Source: Amoebophrya sp. A120 (Eukaryota > Protista > Dinoflagellata). Taken from it: DNA of 64,000 nucleotides. How positions within the stretch are numbered: position 1 is the first letter of the stretch; every line of letters begins with the position of its first letter. The notes under the pieces were generated by a model. It saw nothing but the letters and a program-made list of their open reading frames with translations, was not told the DNA's origin and did no database searches. The translations under genes were made by a program, and so were the position numbers. The DNA is taken from the NCBI GenBank assembly GCA_905178155.1, contig CAJINV010000001.1:9945359-10009358 (forward strand), in the 5' to 3' direction. Of the stretch, positions 39,158 through 54,313 are shown piece by piece.

Positions 39158-40109
39158 AGCGAATCATACCGAGGAGGCTGATACTCGTTGATTTTTTCAA
39201 AAGCAGTAGCGGAACGCGCAAAATGAAGAAGCTTACTTTGCCTGCAGAGCTTTATCGAAATGCACACACCTGTTGAGGAGTGGATGTCTGTGCTCCAACA
39301 CGGAGCTGTATTGCAAATGCGATTAGCAAATGAACTCTGTAATGCCAGTACTAACTTCACCATGTACAAATCCACCTACTTTGATACGAGTCGCTTAATT
39401 GAACAACCCTGGCTTATACCAAACCAAGTTTCAAAACTCACTTACACTTTACGTGCCAAGCAGCACAATATCTCATTCAAAACTAGTCTTTCAAACCAGT
39501 AAACAAAACTATTCACTTCCTTGATGGCAGTGAAATTCGCACGACCTGCGATCTGCCTCCGGCAGTGCTGTAGGTTGGGAGAAACATTTTGTAGAATTTT
39601 GTTTCAGAGCTTCTTCTTTGTACCAATAACAATACTTCGCGGAACTCTTCTTTCGGCGCCTTGCTCTCTTCTTTCGGCGCCTTTCCCTTGAACCAACCCA
39701 ATGAATGTGCCGGTGATGGTGGAGCAGGAATCAACCAAACAGTGCGGGATTAGTGACGTGCGGCGCAAACAAAAAATCAGAATCAAATCAGCCCTCAAGC
39801 TATCACTTCGCACATTTAAGATGGGGCCGAAAGGAATTTGCTAGGGTTCGTCAATTTCCGCTGTTCTTTGTCATGAAGTACGAAGTGTGTCAGGGAGCGT
39901 GGCTTTCTTTGCGTACTGATGAAGCGCGATCTTTGGCCAGTCCCGGAATCACGCGAAAATTGCACGAGATGTACAGTAAGTTAGTCTGTAAATTTTCGAT
40001 GGGCAAGGCCAAGGAGAAGAAGGGCGCGCAAGACGCGTAGCCGTCGCGACAGCCACCGACTAACAGCGTAAGCAGGGAGAATCTCTGTAAGCGGAAGCTG
40101 TGTGTAGCC

Positions 40110-41482
40110 ATGCCCGAACCACGATGCCGGCGCGGAATCTGCATGCTGGGGAAAGCAGCGACGGTCACGACGCTAGTACTGGCGGATAAGAGCGGGGTAG
40201 TTACCGGCAGAGCGAGGGGAGGAGGATCTTCAGGGATACATGACGCTGCAGAATGGGACGCGAGCGTGGCAGAGCAGAACAGACGAAACGCACCATCTAG
40301 CAGTAGTACATCTAACAAGGCGCACACGGACGCAGATAGAGAAAAGGTGGCGGGGACGCAGGGTGGGGGAAGACAGTTTGCCGGACGTGCGGTACCGGAG
40401 GATCAGAGTCCACGCAAGGCAGCGAGGGAGCCTGCGTCTACTCGCAGCGTCGGGACTCTGGTAGTGGGCGCCGACCAACAGATACAGGACAAGAAACGGC
40501 AGCGCCGTCAGCTGCAGCCGGAGCTGTACTGCGCAGTAGCGGGAGACAAACTGTCGATGAATGACAAATTGTGTCTGCAAAGCTGCCATGTGATCAACGA
40601 CGAGATACAGCCACGCTTCTACCAATGGGAGGAGTATTGTTTTTGTTGCTATGAACCGACCATTGCGTTGGGATTTGCTGCTGCGATTCGATCAATTTAA
40701 TGCAAAAGGAGGTGGTAGTGATTTGCTTTGGCGCAACGAGTTCTGTGGGGTGCAGTTCTTGTCGACCGATGGTATTGATTCCATGTAAAACAGCTATTGC
40801 AAGGACACGTCACTGGATTCGGATTGGGACCAGTGGTGCTACGACTACTACGATTGCCTGCTAGGCTGTGAGGTGTTTCAAGAAATCACCGACATGGGAA
40901 CCGTCGCTATCGTACAGAAAGTGATTGCTTTTTTCTCTCGCGCAGGTTCGGTGTGACAGAAGTAGAAGAAAGCAATTATGCACGGTGGGGATGAGTTGGT
41001 CTTTGTAGCCGTACTGTCGCAACACTGAGGTTCACACTTCTACAATGATACGAATGCAGCATGTATTTTCTAATGACCGCGAAGACAAACACATAAAACA
41101 GTGGGCAAAGCGGAAGGACTTGCTGAAGCAGATGGATCCGAGTAGTATCTTGGACGGAGACCAGAAGTGCGCTGCCGAGCAGTGCCGTTCCTACTGCACG
41201 CGGCAGACCCTACCGACGTGTCGGGAGCTGGCCTTCAAAGCGGAGTGTGAAGCGATGCAGCGTAGCCAGCGGCTGATGCGCTGCGACATGGATTGCAGCT
41301 CTGCGTTCTCCGCCCGGGACAGCGTGAATGCGTGGTAAGCATTGTCTTATGCGAAACGCGTGGAGTGTTTCTTCAGAGTGTTTTGCGAGGGTTTCGCTTG
41401 TGCTTCTTGCGTTGTGACGTCAGATTAAACTTCCAATAGGTTCACGGGCTTGTTGCTGGCGGTGGCGCTAATTTTCTACTGA
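40110..41482 (+). CDS. 14-Cys surface protein paralog 3; exons 40110-40633, 40794-40911 (or 40920), 41102-41334, 41440-41482
   Basis: LYCAVAG...CLQSCHV...YCKD...YYDCLLGC...CAAEQCRSYC...TCRELAF..C...CDMDCSS, then the hydrophobic tail WFTGLLLAVALIFY. Introns are GT-AG. Confidence 0.8.
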
Positions 41483-42565
41483 CGCGAACGAGATTGCGCT
41501 TGCTCGCGACTGCCGGCGATATAAGCGGCAAGAAGGTTCCTTGCGGCCGTCGATAGTGTCGGTACTGATTTCTTGTGGTAGACACGATATGGAATTTACC
41601 AAAATATGGATCTCAGAAACAAGTGCATCACCAGACACACACGATGCGAGGAGGTGTGTATGTTGAGCGGATTAATCTTCATCAAAGGAAAAACGTAGGA
41701 AAGCGATTATTTGAATACCAATGGCCAATGGAAACAAACAGAAATCCTGAAGCAACATTTTGCAGAGAACAATCGATAATAATTACGGTAGCTCCGATGC
41801 CGATAACAGTAACAGTAAAGTAATTTAGCATGAGAGTACGACATAGCGACACAGAGATCAACACAATTTTGCAATCGAGTTTACTCCTTTTGGGCTTTCC
41901 GCTACTAAAACTTACCAAGGTGCGCGGCTTGCATAATTGCGCCAGACAGAGCTTTTTGTACAAGCGTGCTTAGGCAGTACATGTCCTGACACTTGGACTC
42001 CGAGGTACTTGGTTGCGCAAGAGTGCGTGCATTTTTTTTTTGAGTCGTGTTCTCACCAAAAAATAAATTCGATCCGCCGCGTGTTGTGCATCTGATTTGC
42101 CTCTGAGACGAGAAGCTTCTGGTGCGTTTGTCGTTGTGTAAGTCAGCAAGACAAGACAAGAGGTTGTGGACAAGGAGATGAAGTCGTGATGTTGGACCAA
42201 AACCGGTGTTGGCTACGGTTGCAGTACGTACTTGGAAGGATTTCTCTCTTCAAAAAGATCCATTTTAAATGGCAAAGATGTGATGCTATTCGTGCGTACG
42301 TAGGCAAGCGTGTGGCCATACCCAAGGAGATGCACAGTCGTACACAAGCACTTCGTTCACATTTGCGTTTTCCGACATACGTTTTGTGAACTGCGCCCGT
42401 CCAACTTTTACTCACACCTCCACCTAATTGAAAGCGCTAATTTCTTCATGACCTCATCTAAAAATGGACGATCAGATACTAAACTGGACGAGAGAATCCC
42501 TATTGTAGCCGTCTAGGCCATCTGCACGCATCAATCATTCTTCCTCATTCAAACTCGGCTTAGCG

Positions 42566-42582
42566 CCCTCTTTTTTTTCTAG
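42566..42582 (+). promoter_or_regulatory. Polypyrimidine-AG, candidate spliced-leader trans-splice (or 5' UTR intron) acceptor of beta-tubulin
   Basis: ccctcttttttttctAG lies 21 nt upstream of the ATG at 42604. Confidence 0.45.
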
Positions 42583-42585
42583 TAA

Positions 42586-44325
<1,740 letters not shown>

Positions 44326-45068
44326 ATTCACCAACAACCTGGTGTTGAACCTCTTCGTCGTCATCGTCGTCACCAAGGTGTGATTGAACAAATAGACTAG
44401 ATGAAGATGTGATCCAAAGACTTTTGCATCGTGATCAGATTTTGCACGTGAATAGTCAGATTTCCATTATGTGATTTCCGAATACTAACACCATCATTTT
44501 CAACTGTCAAGGGACTGGTGAAAATTTTGTAGTGCTGAATCAATCTGATGCTACAAAGAAAAGCGGCATCGACAAAGAAGTCGAGTTGCAAAATCAAAAA
44601 AGTTTCAAACGCCACTGTAGGCAACGTGGTCGCTCGAGGGGCGTGTGCGATTCTTGCAGGTTCGACCTGTTCATCTTAATATTCTTCGGTCTTGACAGAG
44701 TGTGAAGTCCTTTTCGAGCAGAATGTCGGTATGCAAGTCGGTCTTTGTCATTATTAGTTCATCCTTCGCGCTGTGCGACTTTCTCTGCGATCAATCAGGA
44801 CCAAGACCGAGATCACCTGATACGAAATTTGGTCAGTGTTGAACTTCGCGCAGTTCGATTCAATTGGAATGAACATGTTGAGCGACGATGTGCCTGTACT
44901 GGTCCTTAAGAAGATCGTATCCGCGTGGTTTGTTGTGTCGTTCTTTGTGATTGTTCACATGTGCCAGTCTCAATGGTGAAGTAGACACGCCACACTCGAG
45001 CGTAATGTGGCGACTCGTCGGTATACGTGTATGCTGACGCGAACGGGCAAGATGTCCACCCAACCACA

Positions 45069-47367
45069 ATGAAAGCGTTTCTGATCGGTCCAAGGGTCGT
45101 TACCGTCGCACTGCTTCTGAATCGCGCTGCGGCTGTAAACTTCAACGCAAATGCCGGTTCCGTTGCGTCATCGTCCTTGGTCCAGGCTCTTGTCGCCAAG
45201 GTGGAGGAGCTGGAAGACCGACTGGAATTTTTGTCGGAAAACACCTTCCGCATTCCTGAGACGCAGGAGTATATTGATGAAACGGTCAGGAGCGAAGGAG
45301 CTCTCCTGGAGAAACACCTGCAGCGGAAATATATAAAAGAGTGGCACCCCACTACGAAGCGAAATCATCGCACCCGCCTGCTGCACGTGGTAATTAGCAC
45401 GTGGCGAACGTGGGCGAATCTCGTTTGACAGTGGCATGTGTGATTGGTCAGGGGCACGGCACAACAACGACATGCATGTGGCTGACACAGATTGATATGC
45501 GTTGTTTGAAGAGTACAAAGGTAGTAGCTCTGGTGAAACGTACTTGCGGAGGTTGCGATGCTTTTCGATGATGCCGTAGATGAGCTTCGTCCAGTACAAG
45601 CGACAGGACTGCACAAACAAACTTCATGCGATCGAGCTGCCTTTTCCCTGTATGAGAAAAGACGCCTTGGATTCGCTGGTCAAGGAGTCAGGTACTTTTC
45701 CATTACTTCGTGCTCCGGCCTTCAATACGCATTCCGCACAGCTGTTTGGGATGTATATGCGCAAAAGGTTTTCCATGTGAGTTTCTTCGCAGTCGCTCTC
45801 CCTGCTGCGCATTCATGCTATACGAACTTCAGGTCTTTCCAGTGACGAGATCATTTCGTCGCACTTCAACAGTGCCGACAAATCGACCGACTGTGAATTC
45901 GGGAAACCCAGCAAGCAAGCAGTTTTGTCGAAAGCCGAAGTGGGCACGGTCTCGCTGCAGCTGAATGTCGCGGCCGAGATGTGTTCCAAGAATCATGTAT
46001 ATGCATTGTACGACAGCGTGAGCGTGTTGGACGTGGATTGGGATGATTTTCATTGAGACGATAAGGGAATATCCAGGTGCGACCGATAAATTTACAAAGT
46101 TTACATATTCCAAAGAAACTCACAGGACTGTGGAGGTTTCGTGCAGTTCAACACGGATACAGACGAGACGTTTCCGAAGGCCTACAGCGTTTGGAACGAG
46201 GAGTTCCAGGAATATGCGAATATCAAGGGCGGTGGAGCTTTTGCGGGCGATATCGTGTTTGTGGAGTCCGGTCCGCGCTGCACCCACGTGATGTTCAAGA
46301 ACGACGAACCCGACATCCAAGTGGCGCCGGCAGATTGCGAGGGATACGAAGCTGGCTGTCACTCTGCCTGTGTGCGTGCGAGTATTTGCGTCGAAGACGA
46401 CAGTGAGAATACCTACATCAAGAAACGAATCATCATGTCGGAGTTTGGATCGGAGACGGAGAAAGCGATGCAGGGGGACGAGATGTTTGAAGGCGCAAAC
46501 AAAACTGCGAAAGCGAATAAGACTCTGGGCGAGCTGGTAAACAAAACTCTGGAGCTGAAGCCAACCGCAAAAAAAAGTGCGATGAGCATGAACGCCACCG
46601 AAGGAGAAACAGAGGTTAAGACGAACGCTACAAAGGAGGCTACCGCAACTGCAGATGCGGCCGTAGCGAACGCAAGTGAAGCAGCAGGAGCCCAGAACGC
46701 GACGGACGAACCGTTAGCGGAAAACACGACTGACGGTGCAGCTGAAACGAACACGACGGAGGCTGCAGAAGGAGCGAACGCTACGGAGCCGAACGCGACG
46801 GAAGGCGCAGAAGAACTGAACGCGACGACAGCTGCAGAAGGTGCAGAAGGAACGAACGCGACAGAAGCTGCCGAAGGAGCGAACGCAACGGAAGCTACAG
46901 AAGGAGCGAACGCTACGGAAGCTGCAGCAGAAGGAGCGAACGAAACGGCAACTGCAGAAGGAGCAAACGCAACAGAAGCTGCAGCAGAGGGAGCGAACGT
47001 GACGGAAACTGCAGCAGGAGCGGCGAACGCGACGGAAGCCGCAGTAGGTGCTAATGCATCAGAAACCATATTAGGAGCAGCAAACAGTACAGCAAACGCG
47101 ACAGAGGGAGCACTAGGGGCGACATCAAATGAAAGAGAAGGTACAGGGGTTATCTCGACGGAAAATACGGCAGCAACTACCACGGGAGCAAAAGCTGAAG
47201 CAAGCGCAACAGGTAGTGCGGAACTAAAGGATAACAAGAACAATAATATCACGAAAACCTCTGCGAATCAGCCACCAGTGGGCAAGTCGAGCGCTGATGG
47301 CAAGTTCCGGGAGCCATTTGACGTTCGACCAGAAAGCAAGAGCGCTGGATTGCTGTTCTATTGGTAG
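45069..47367 (+). CDS. Secreted glycoprotein with a Cys-containing N-terminal domain and N-X-T repeat stalk; exons 45069-45389, 45580-45691, 45833-45996, 46126-47367
   Basis: Signal peptide MKAFLIGPRVVTVALLLNRAAA; phase-consistent GT-AG joins (e.g. CSKNH|DCGGF); about 20 N-X-T/S sequons. Confidence 0.7.
46590..47110 (+). repeat. Coding imperfect tandem repeat (GANATEAAE-like, 24-30 nt units)
   Basis: Repeated gaaggagcgaacgc(a/t/g)acggaagc-type units. Confidence 0.85.
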
Positions 47368-48285
47368 AGCAGCAGGTTTGCGGGCGAATGGAACGATCGC
47401 GAAATGGCCGAGATTACGAAATATAAATACCGAAGGTACAGCCGAATTGCGTACGATACTTTGTCGAGAAATTTGAATCTAACCATTATCCTTTTTTCGT
47501 GTGTGAGTAACCAACTAGTAACCATCAGATTTTTTGTAAGAACGAATTGCATGCAGTTTCGCCTTTCAAAAGGGCGGCAGAAACTGTGGCGTTGCTTTTT
47601 CTTGAATGAATTTCTCCAAGAGAAGTAGACTGCATGAAGGAAATCAATCAATGTACTGCGACATCGCCAACTCTTGTATGTAAAGCCAGTGGTAGCTTAT
47701 TTCTACCGCATGATAATGCACCTGTATACCATGCTGCATAGAAACAGAAAAAGACAAGCACGATATTTTGATAAAACACATACCTGCACAGGAGCATTCG
47801 CTCATGCCAGAAGGACTTTGAAAGTTTCACTTTTGCGACCTCGGTTCGCGGACTTGCTGCACCCAATTTCGGCTTCGTCCACTCAATTGACTTATTTTCG
47901 CTTCAGCCAGAGGCACACTTTTCGGCTTGCACCCAGAAATGTTTTTTTCGGTTTCTGTCACCAATGCATCGTTCAGGTAAGTACCACCGTAACAATCTCG
48001 GTCATTCGTCCCGGTTACGTCACGCGTTCGTTGAAAAAATCCGTCGTGCTTTTCAGTCAGTTGTCCTGTTCGCAGACACGCATCGTCCTCTTTAGTCGTT
48101 GTGAATCCAGTGCAAATATCTTCGTTCTATCGTTTTTCTACCAGGTAGATCTGTATTCCCTTCCCCCGAAGTAGGACTAGCACAAGAGTACCCCTCTACG
48201 CTGGTCAGCTTCAATTTTAGCACACAATAACTTCAATGTTGTGTTTTTAGGAATTTAAAGTCAGAGAACTCTAACTAAGACTACC

Positions 48286-50253
48286 ATGTCGACGCACCGT
48301 TATCAGAAGACTTTTGCGAGCCGCCTCGAGACCTCTACTACCTCGGGCGGCGGCGATAGCTGTAGCTCATCCAACTCGGATGGCGAGAACGACGAGAATT
48401 GTGCTTTCGTGGATCAACATGCCGCTTCCAGCCCGCGCTTCCTAGAGGACGACCAGCTCGATGTCATTTCGCAGGGGGCGAACGGCTACAGCACCGATCA
48501 GTCGGTGCTCAGTACGCAGTCCTCCCCCATTGTCCGCCTGGGACAGGGGGTCCGGGTGTGGCGCCACCAGTCCGGCGCAGATAGTGGCACCCCAGGGCCG
48601 TGGTCCGCGCGGAGGCTGAAAACGGGCGTCAGCGATGGAGAAGCGATCATACGGCGAAGGTAAAAATATTGGTGCTCACGAAATTTTAGTACCCTTTTCG
48701 GCATACTGATGCTCCAGAATGTGACAGAGTGAAGCTAAGTCTCCTCCTCCTGCCACGAGTATTAGCAGGTAGATGTGCGCATAGAAAAAGTCGCCCTATT
48801 CCTGTTAAGAGTGGAAAAGTGGCCCTATTCCTGTGATAAAAGATTGGCATAGAAACGTTCCAATCCCCTCCACAGGCATAGCAACTCCCGAAGCCGCAGT
48901 CGGTCCCCGAGCCTGAGAAAAAACGGTTTTTCCGCCTTCACGGACCGCGTGAAGGGCTACGCCGAGTTTCACCGACTTCTCGCGACTCGCGGAAAGCTGC
49001 CGTTCATTCGGCCAAACGATTTCACCGTCGGAGACGCGCTGCTCGGGACCAACAAGGCGAGCGCGCTGGAGACGAGCAGGTCCATTTCGAAATTGTACGA
49101 CGAGAGCGATAATTCCCAAGCGGGCCACAGCAGCGACGACAGCGACCGCTCGACGACGTTGAACACCATCAAGTCCTCGAAGTGGTCGACGGACCAACTG
49201 GAAGATCTGCGCCACGCGTTCCGGACCTACCTCCCCGCCTACATGGTCTACGGCCCGTGGACCGCGGCGTCCATCGTCTGTCTAACGTTGTTCACCTTCA
49301 CGGTGGCCTTCTCCGGGTTTTGGATTCTCCGGCACCCGGAGTGGCTCGGCGGGTTTATGGGCGAAGGGGTGTTACTAAGGCCGGAGGAACTGTCCAAGCA
49401 GGACTTGCTCAAGTTCTACAGCGACACAGGAGCGAGTGACATGATGAAACAGCACGGCCTGGCCTCGTGGCAAATCCACAACCCGATCTCCGTGTTGTTA
49501 ATTCGGCTCCTTTTCACCGCGGCGTCCTGGTTTGTGCTCATCTGGGCTTTGAAGGACACGCTGTGGGCGATCACGATGTACACGATGTGGAGCTGGACGT
49601 TCATGACGATCCGGTGGACGTTGGGTCTGTTTCTCTCCCTTCTCGTTCTCTTCGGCGACTGCACGCGGTCCACGTCGAAAGTGTACTACGGGTTGGAGTC
49701 CGTTTACGAAGTGCTCCGGTTCGTGTCCATCATGCAAAACGGGACGACCTGGGTGGTTGCGACCTTCGTCTTGATCCCGTTTTTCTACATTGTTTTGAGG
49801 ATGTCTGACAAACCGCAGCTCGCGTCCGAGTGGTTAAAGGTGAATTTCTCCGCGTACAATCTGGTACTGCACTTCCTGAACTTCCTTCCCTTCGCTACGT
49901 TCGAGCACGTGTTTATCAACCCGCGGCGGTTCAACGCGGTGGACATGTGGCTGGGCATGCTGTTCGGCTTTGTGTACCACGTGTTTTACCTCTTCGTCCT
50001 GGACCGCAACGGGCTGCACTTCTACCCGTTTCTGAACCCGCGCACCAACGTGGCCTACACGGTGGGGGTGGTCGGGATCATCCTGCTGGGCTACGTGTGG
50101 CTGGTTCTGGGGAACGCGATCGCGGGCGCGGCGCTGGGGGTCGAGGACGCGCAGAAGGGGAACCCGAACGTACACAAACTGGTCGAGGGCATCAAGGATT
50201 TCTCGACCAAAACGGTGGCCACGGTCGGGTCGAAAATTCTCAAAGTCAGTTAA
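48286..50253 (+). CDS. Multi-pass membrane protein, FAR-17a/AIG1-like; exons 48286-48659 and 48876-50253
   Basis: About 7 hydrophobic segments; YTMWSWTF, LVLHFLNF and HFYPFL motifs resemble the AIG1/ADTRP/FAR-17a family. Phase-2 GT-AG intron. Confidence 0.7.
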
Positions 50254-51135
50254 GTTATGTTTTACTAAGTAGGTCAAGCTTGACACTTTTGTAGTTTCAG
50301 GTTGTAAAAGCTAGCTCATCACGCAAGTTGTTATCTCATCTGGTTCACAAAATTCGAGAAAAGGAACCGGATAATCCAGTTCATTTACTCAGTGTGAGTG
50401 TCGTAGCCTCTGAAGTTTCAGTTTTCATCATATAAGCTTTCATATCAGTTGTAGAGCATTAGAAGCAAACGAAACGAGTAGCCCGCTGCGTCTAGCGGTT
50501 TTTCGCGACGGCGGCTTCCTGCATTCAAGTAGCGCACAGGAACAGACGCAGATACTCCTTCGTCGTATATTTGGTAACGAGAGGCAGCGTGAAATTCATA
50601 TTCAACAAGAACAATTCTGGTATTGAAGGAGGGGAGGTGACCGCGGCTCGGTTTGGCGAAATGCAATCCTTGTCACGATCGTTGTTCTGTTTCATCCAGA
50701 AGAGCGTGGGTCTTGTTTGTGTGCGAGTGTGGAGTTTTGGTCGTGGTACCTTTTTGTGGCTGTGTGAGTGACAATTGGGAAAAGTCAAACTCTGTACGCA
50801 GGACTCGGCCTTCCAAAACCGGATCTTGGGTCCTTGTCCACGAGTGCTTGCGTTTGTGAGACTCCAAACAGGTTGCAATCACCTGCAATGGAGCCTTCCG
50901 CCTCTTCCGTTTCTGCCGATAGGAGGCACAGCTGCTGTCCCCTTGGCTGTCTTTGCGACGTCAGTCTCAGTGACGAAGCCGTGCGTGATTTGCTGGGCTT
51001 GGTTTGCGTCTCAAAAACAAGTATTCAATTGTCTTTAGAAAGAGTTTTGCAAGACAAGATCTCAAAGTGGATTGCGTCCTCAGAAATTTATTTTTTGAAC
51101 TGCCATCTCTTAACGTTATCTAGAAAAGCAAAACC

Positions 51136-52013
51136 ATGTCCTCGGACGAAGACACAAATACGGCGTGCTCTTCCCAATATAGCGATCTTTCGTCCAGCAA
51201 CGAAGGAACGCAAGGGCGCTCGAGCTCCTCGCGGTCAAGTTCCGACTTGAATCATTTGGAAACATTAACGCGCCAAATTGTGCAGACGGCCGAATATAAT
51301 TCGACACGAGTCTGCGTCAGCGTATTCTTATTCTTAAGGGGCTTCGTGCCTTTTGATGTAAATGGTTTCCGTTCATGAAGTGTATTCATTCCACTGGGTG
51401 CAGCTTTGAGATACTTGCAGGCATAACGATCAGCAGCGTCAGCTTGTCGCGCGTATTGGTCTGTCTGCAAAATTCCTCACCAGGTAGAGACGAGCTTCTG
51501 GGGCCTGCCAAGAAGGGACGAGCGTAATGCGATGTACTTACGAATCGACGGCGTTAGAAGTTATTGGGACGACAAGCGAAGTCAGTTTTGTTTCTGGTTT
51601 TATTCATGCGGTAGTAACAGTTTTGAGGACGTCGTCGGCTATACCGTCGACGTGCTGGACTCTGCGTTTGTGCAGGCAGGCGTGAGTGCGAGCATCAGAA
51701 GGATTGGAGCTTACAGGTGGGATTGGTGGAGTACGCGCCACCCCGTGTACTACGACAACGAGGACTTCTGTCAGACGCCCGGAGACGTGGAAGAGGAACT
51801 GGAGCGGGAGAAGGGTGCCGAGATTTCCTCTGTGCTGCTTTGTCACGTTGTTGCTTGCGATTTTGCGTCAAAGATTTTGCATCTTTAGATGGGCGAAAAA
51901 GCGACAAAAAGAACCAACTCAACACAGCGTTCCGGGACTCGTGGGATGAGGTGATCGAAGCTGCTCACGATGGGGACGTGATAACGTTGGAGGTGGAGCT
52001 GGTTCCGTCCTGA
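51136..52013 (+). CDS. Hypothetical protein; exons 51136-51309, 51484-51814, 51889-52013
   Basis: Three short ORFs join through two phase-consistent GT-AG introns; no family recognised. Confidence 0.5.
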
Positions 52014-53661
52014 GGGCCGCGACGCTGCCACGGTATGGACTTGTTGCGTGTGCATATTTTGAATCTTCATGCAGGCACTTTGTTTTGAGAAGTTTTTGCG
52101 AGCCGCTTTTAGTGCGCTGCAGTATCTATGAGATCATGGGAATTGGGAAGATGAACTCTCCTTGCATTTTCACAGGCACTTAGAAGTTGACTCTGTCTCT
52201 GTGCAATACGCCGCGCAGGATAGATCATCATGACAATTATGATGATACGGACTGAGCCCGTCACCGGAAAAATGTTGACGATGGTCAGATCGATGCCCCA
52301 CGGGCAGATCGTGGCGACCCATTGACGAGCAGACATGGAGCATCATGTCGCGACGGCCCATTGACGAGCAGACTGGTGCCCCCACGAGCTGCGAGCACAG
52401 AGGCCAGGCCGTCCGCGGCAGTTGCCCCGAAGTCTTCAGGATGAAAGTGCGCAGGCGGTGGAGGAGAGGGCGGGAGCGGTGCAGTTCGGTAAGGATTTCG
52501 TGGCATGTTGTTCAGCGTTGATTCGCGTCCGCATGTCCAACGTCGGGGCGCGTTCCTTCAATGCTAGTCGTATCGTTCGCAATTTCGGCTCTTCAGGTAC
52601 TGGCCGGCTCTCCGTGTTCCACGCGTTCCCGTGCCGCATCCTGCAAGCGTCAAAGTGCCCGATTCCGCATGGAGCAAGCAAGGAAATGCACGCACTCCAT
52701 CAAGGCACTAAGCTGTCGCATGGAAGAGATAATGACAGGAAGCAAATGCACTTTTATTCACTCCGAGGCACAAAGTTGCCACATGAAGGAGCTAGATAAT
52801 TCATCGCAGCACGTCTTGTCGTTGCTTTTCTGGCGTGCCAGTACTGACACATGCTGCCGTGTGGCGTTTGCCTTCGCTATGAAATAGGAATAGTATGTTC
52901 GGAGCTGTAGCTGTTTTCTCGGAACCGCATGACCTTCGGAGTGCGGAAGCATCCGACTCTCTCTCGAAGGAGTCGCCAAGATTGAGTTGTATCATCAAAT
53001 GAGAGCCCTGTCGAATATGTACTGTCCTGAGAGTGAGTATAGCGAAACCTGCTGAGTCGAGGAGCGAGCGAGTGCTTTTTGTGGTGAGCGAAACACGATC
53101 GTGCGAAGAGAGCACCGGCTACATGAGATGAATCGCAAATCTTAAAAAGAGCAATCTGAGTTGTGCTAGACGCTTCAAATCGGGACCTTTTTTTCGCAGG
53201 ACCTCTACACCATACTTATTTTCGAAAGCTTATCGCAACAAGAATGCATGAGCCCCTTTGGTTTTGATACAGCGGTTATCTATCATGGCTGCATTTCGAT
53301 CGTCCCCTTTGCCAAAGCCACGAGCATGCGCGGGGCAGTCCTAGGTGGAGCAAAGACGTCCTCACTTCAGCTGCATCCTACGCCGAGGTGACGGCCGCCT
53401 GGAGTTTCGATGAATGCGACGAATACATTACCACGCGGATGAGTCATGTGGAACCTTCTGTTTCGAATAGTGGATTTTGCAGGTTTGCAGCACGACCCGC
53501 CCTGAGGACGGTGGCAGGGATCATTGATCTTCTAGTCTGAGAGCAAGTCATCGTGAGCGAGAGGCAAAACCAACGTTGGAGAGCCTACGTGGGGCCGTGT
53601 GAAGACAAGGCCAAACCTACCTCGCTCCACGGCCCGAAGCATCCATTTCTTCTAGCCCGGC

Positions 53662-54138
53662 ATGTTCAACGACTTCAGCCCCGGGGAGACCCAGCACGGG
53701 CGGCATGACGGCGCCGCCTTGGAGGATGCGCCGCGGAGGGGCAGCAAGCAGAAGATGGGGGCGTCCGAGAACGTCACCGGGCGGCAGGACGCCCCGGCAG
53801 ACCCCGCTGTCGCCGGCGGGAAGAAAAAGGGCAAGGACCCGTCCAAGATGTCCTCCAAGGAGCGGGTCCGCCAGGCGCTGAACACCAAAGCCGACTCCAC
53901 GACGATCATCATCGGCCGGAACTACATCACGGAGGCGGACGCGGTGTTGCCCTACGGCACGAAGAAAGTCCAGTCGCGCGTCACGCCCAAGTACCCGCAG
54001 TTGGGCGCGAAAGAAAAAACGATCCTCGACCCGGCCAAGGGTGTGCAGCCGGGACTGAAAGCCGCGGACCAGCCCGGTGCACCGACAAGCGTGGAAAACC
54101 TGATCGCACAGGGACGGCACATGGACAAACCGGTATAG
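53662..54138 (+). CDS. Small basic hydrophilic hypothetical protein (158 aa)
   Basis: GC3-rich ORF in AT-richer flanks; ttcttctAG acceptor-like site 6 nt upstream of the ATG. Confidence 0.7.
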   Translation: MFNDFSPGETQHGRHDGAALEDAPRRGSKQKMGASENVTGRQDAPADPAVAGGKKKGKDPSKMSSKERVRQALNTKADSTTIIIGRNYITEADAVLPYGTKKVQSRVTPKYPQLGAKEKTILDPAKGVQPGLKAADQPGAPTSVENLIAQGRHMDKPV

Positions 54139-54313
54139 CTGCAGCAGCTCTGCTTTGGAATGCAAATTTGCTCTGGAAATTTTCGAGAATTGTCCTTTTG
54201 CAAAGGATGCAAAATTTTCAAATTGAACTATATCACAGGTACAACCTTTCTACGAGCTGGCACCAGCGGAACAGTCGAAGATTCGGCTAAACACGACCAT
54301 TTATCGTATTTTC

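Noticed and set aside
46590-47110. Repeat array as a possible CRISPR or satellite
   Set aside because: It is an in-frame degenerate coding repeat in a eukaryotic gene, with no unique spacers.
52300-52375. Two-copy short tandem duplications (also about 4171-4285, 39645-39685, 48786-48835)
   Set aside because: These look like ordinary slippage duplications with no further structure.
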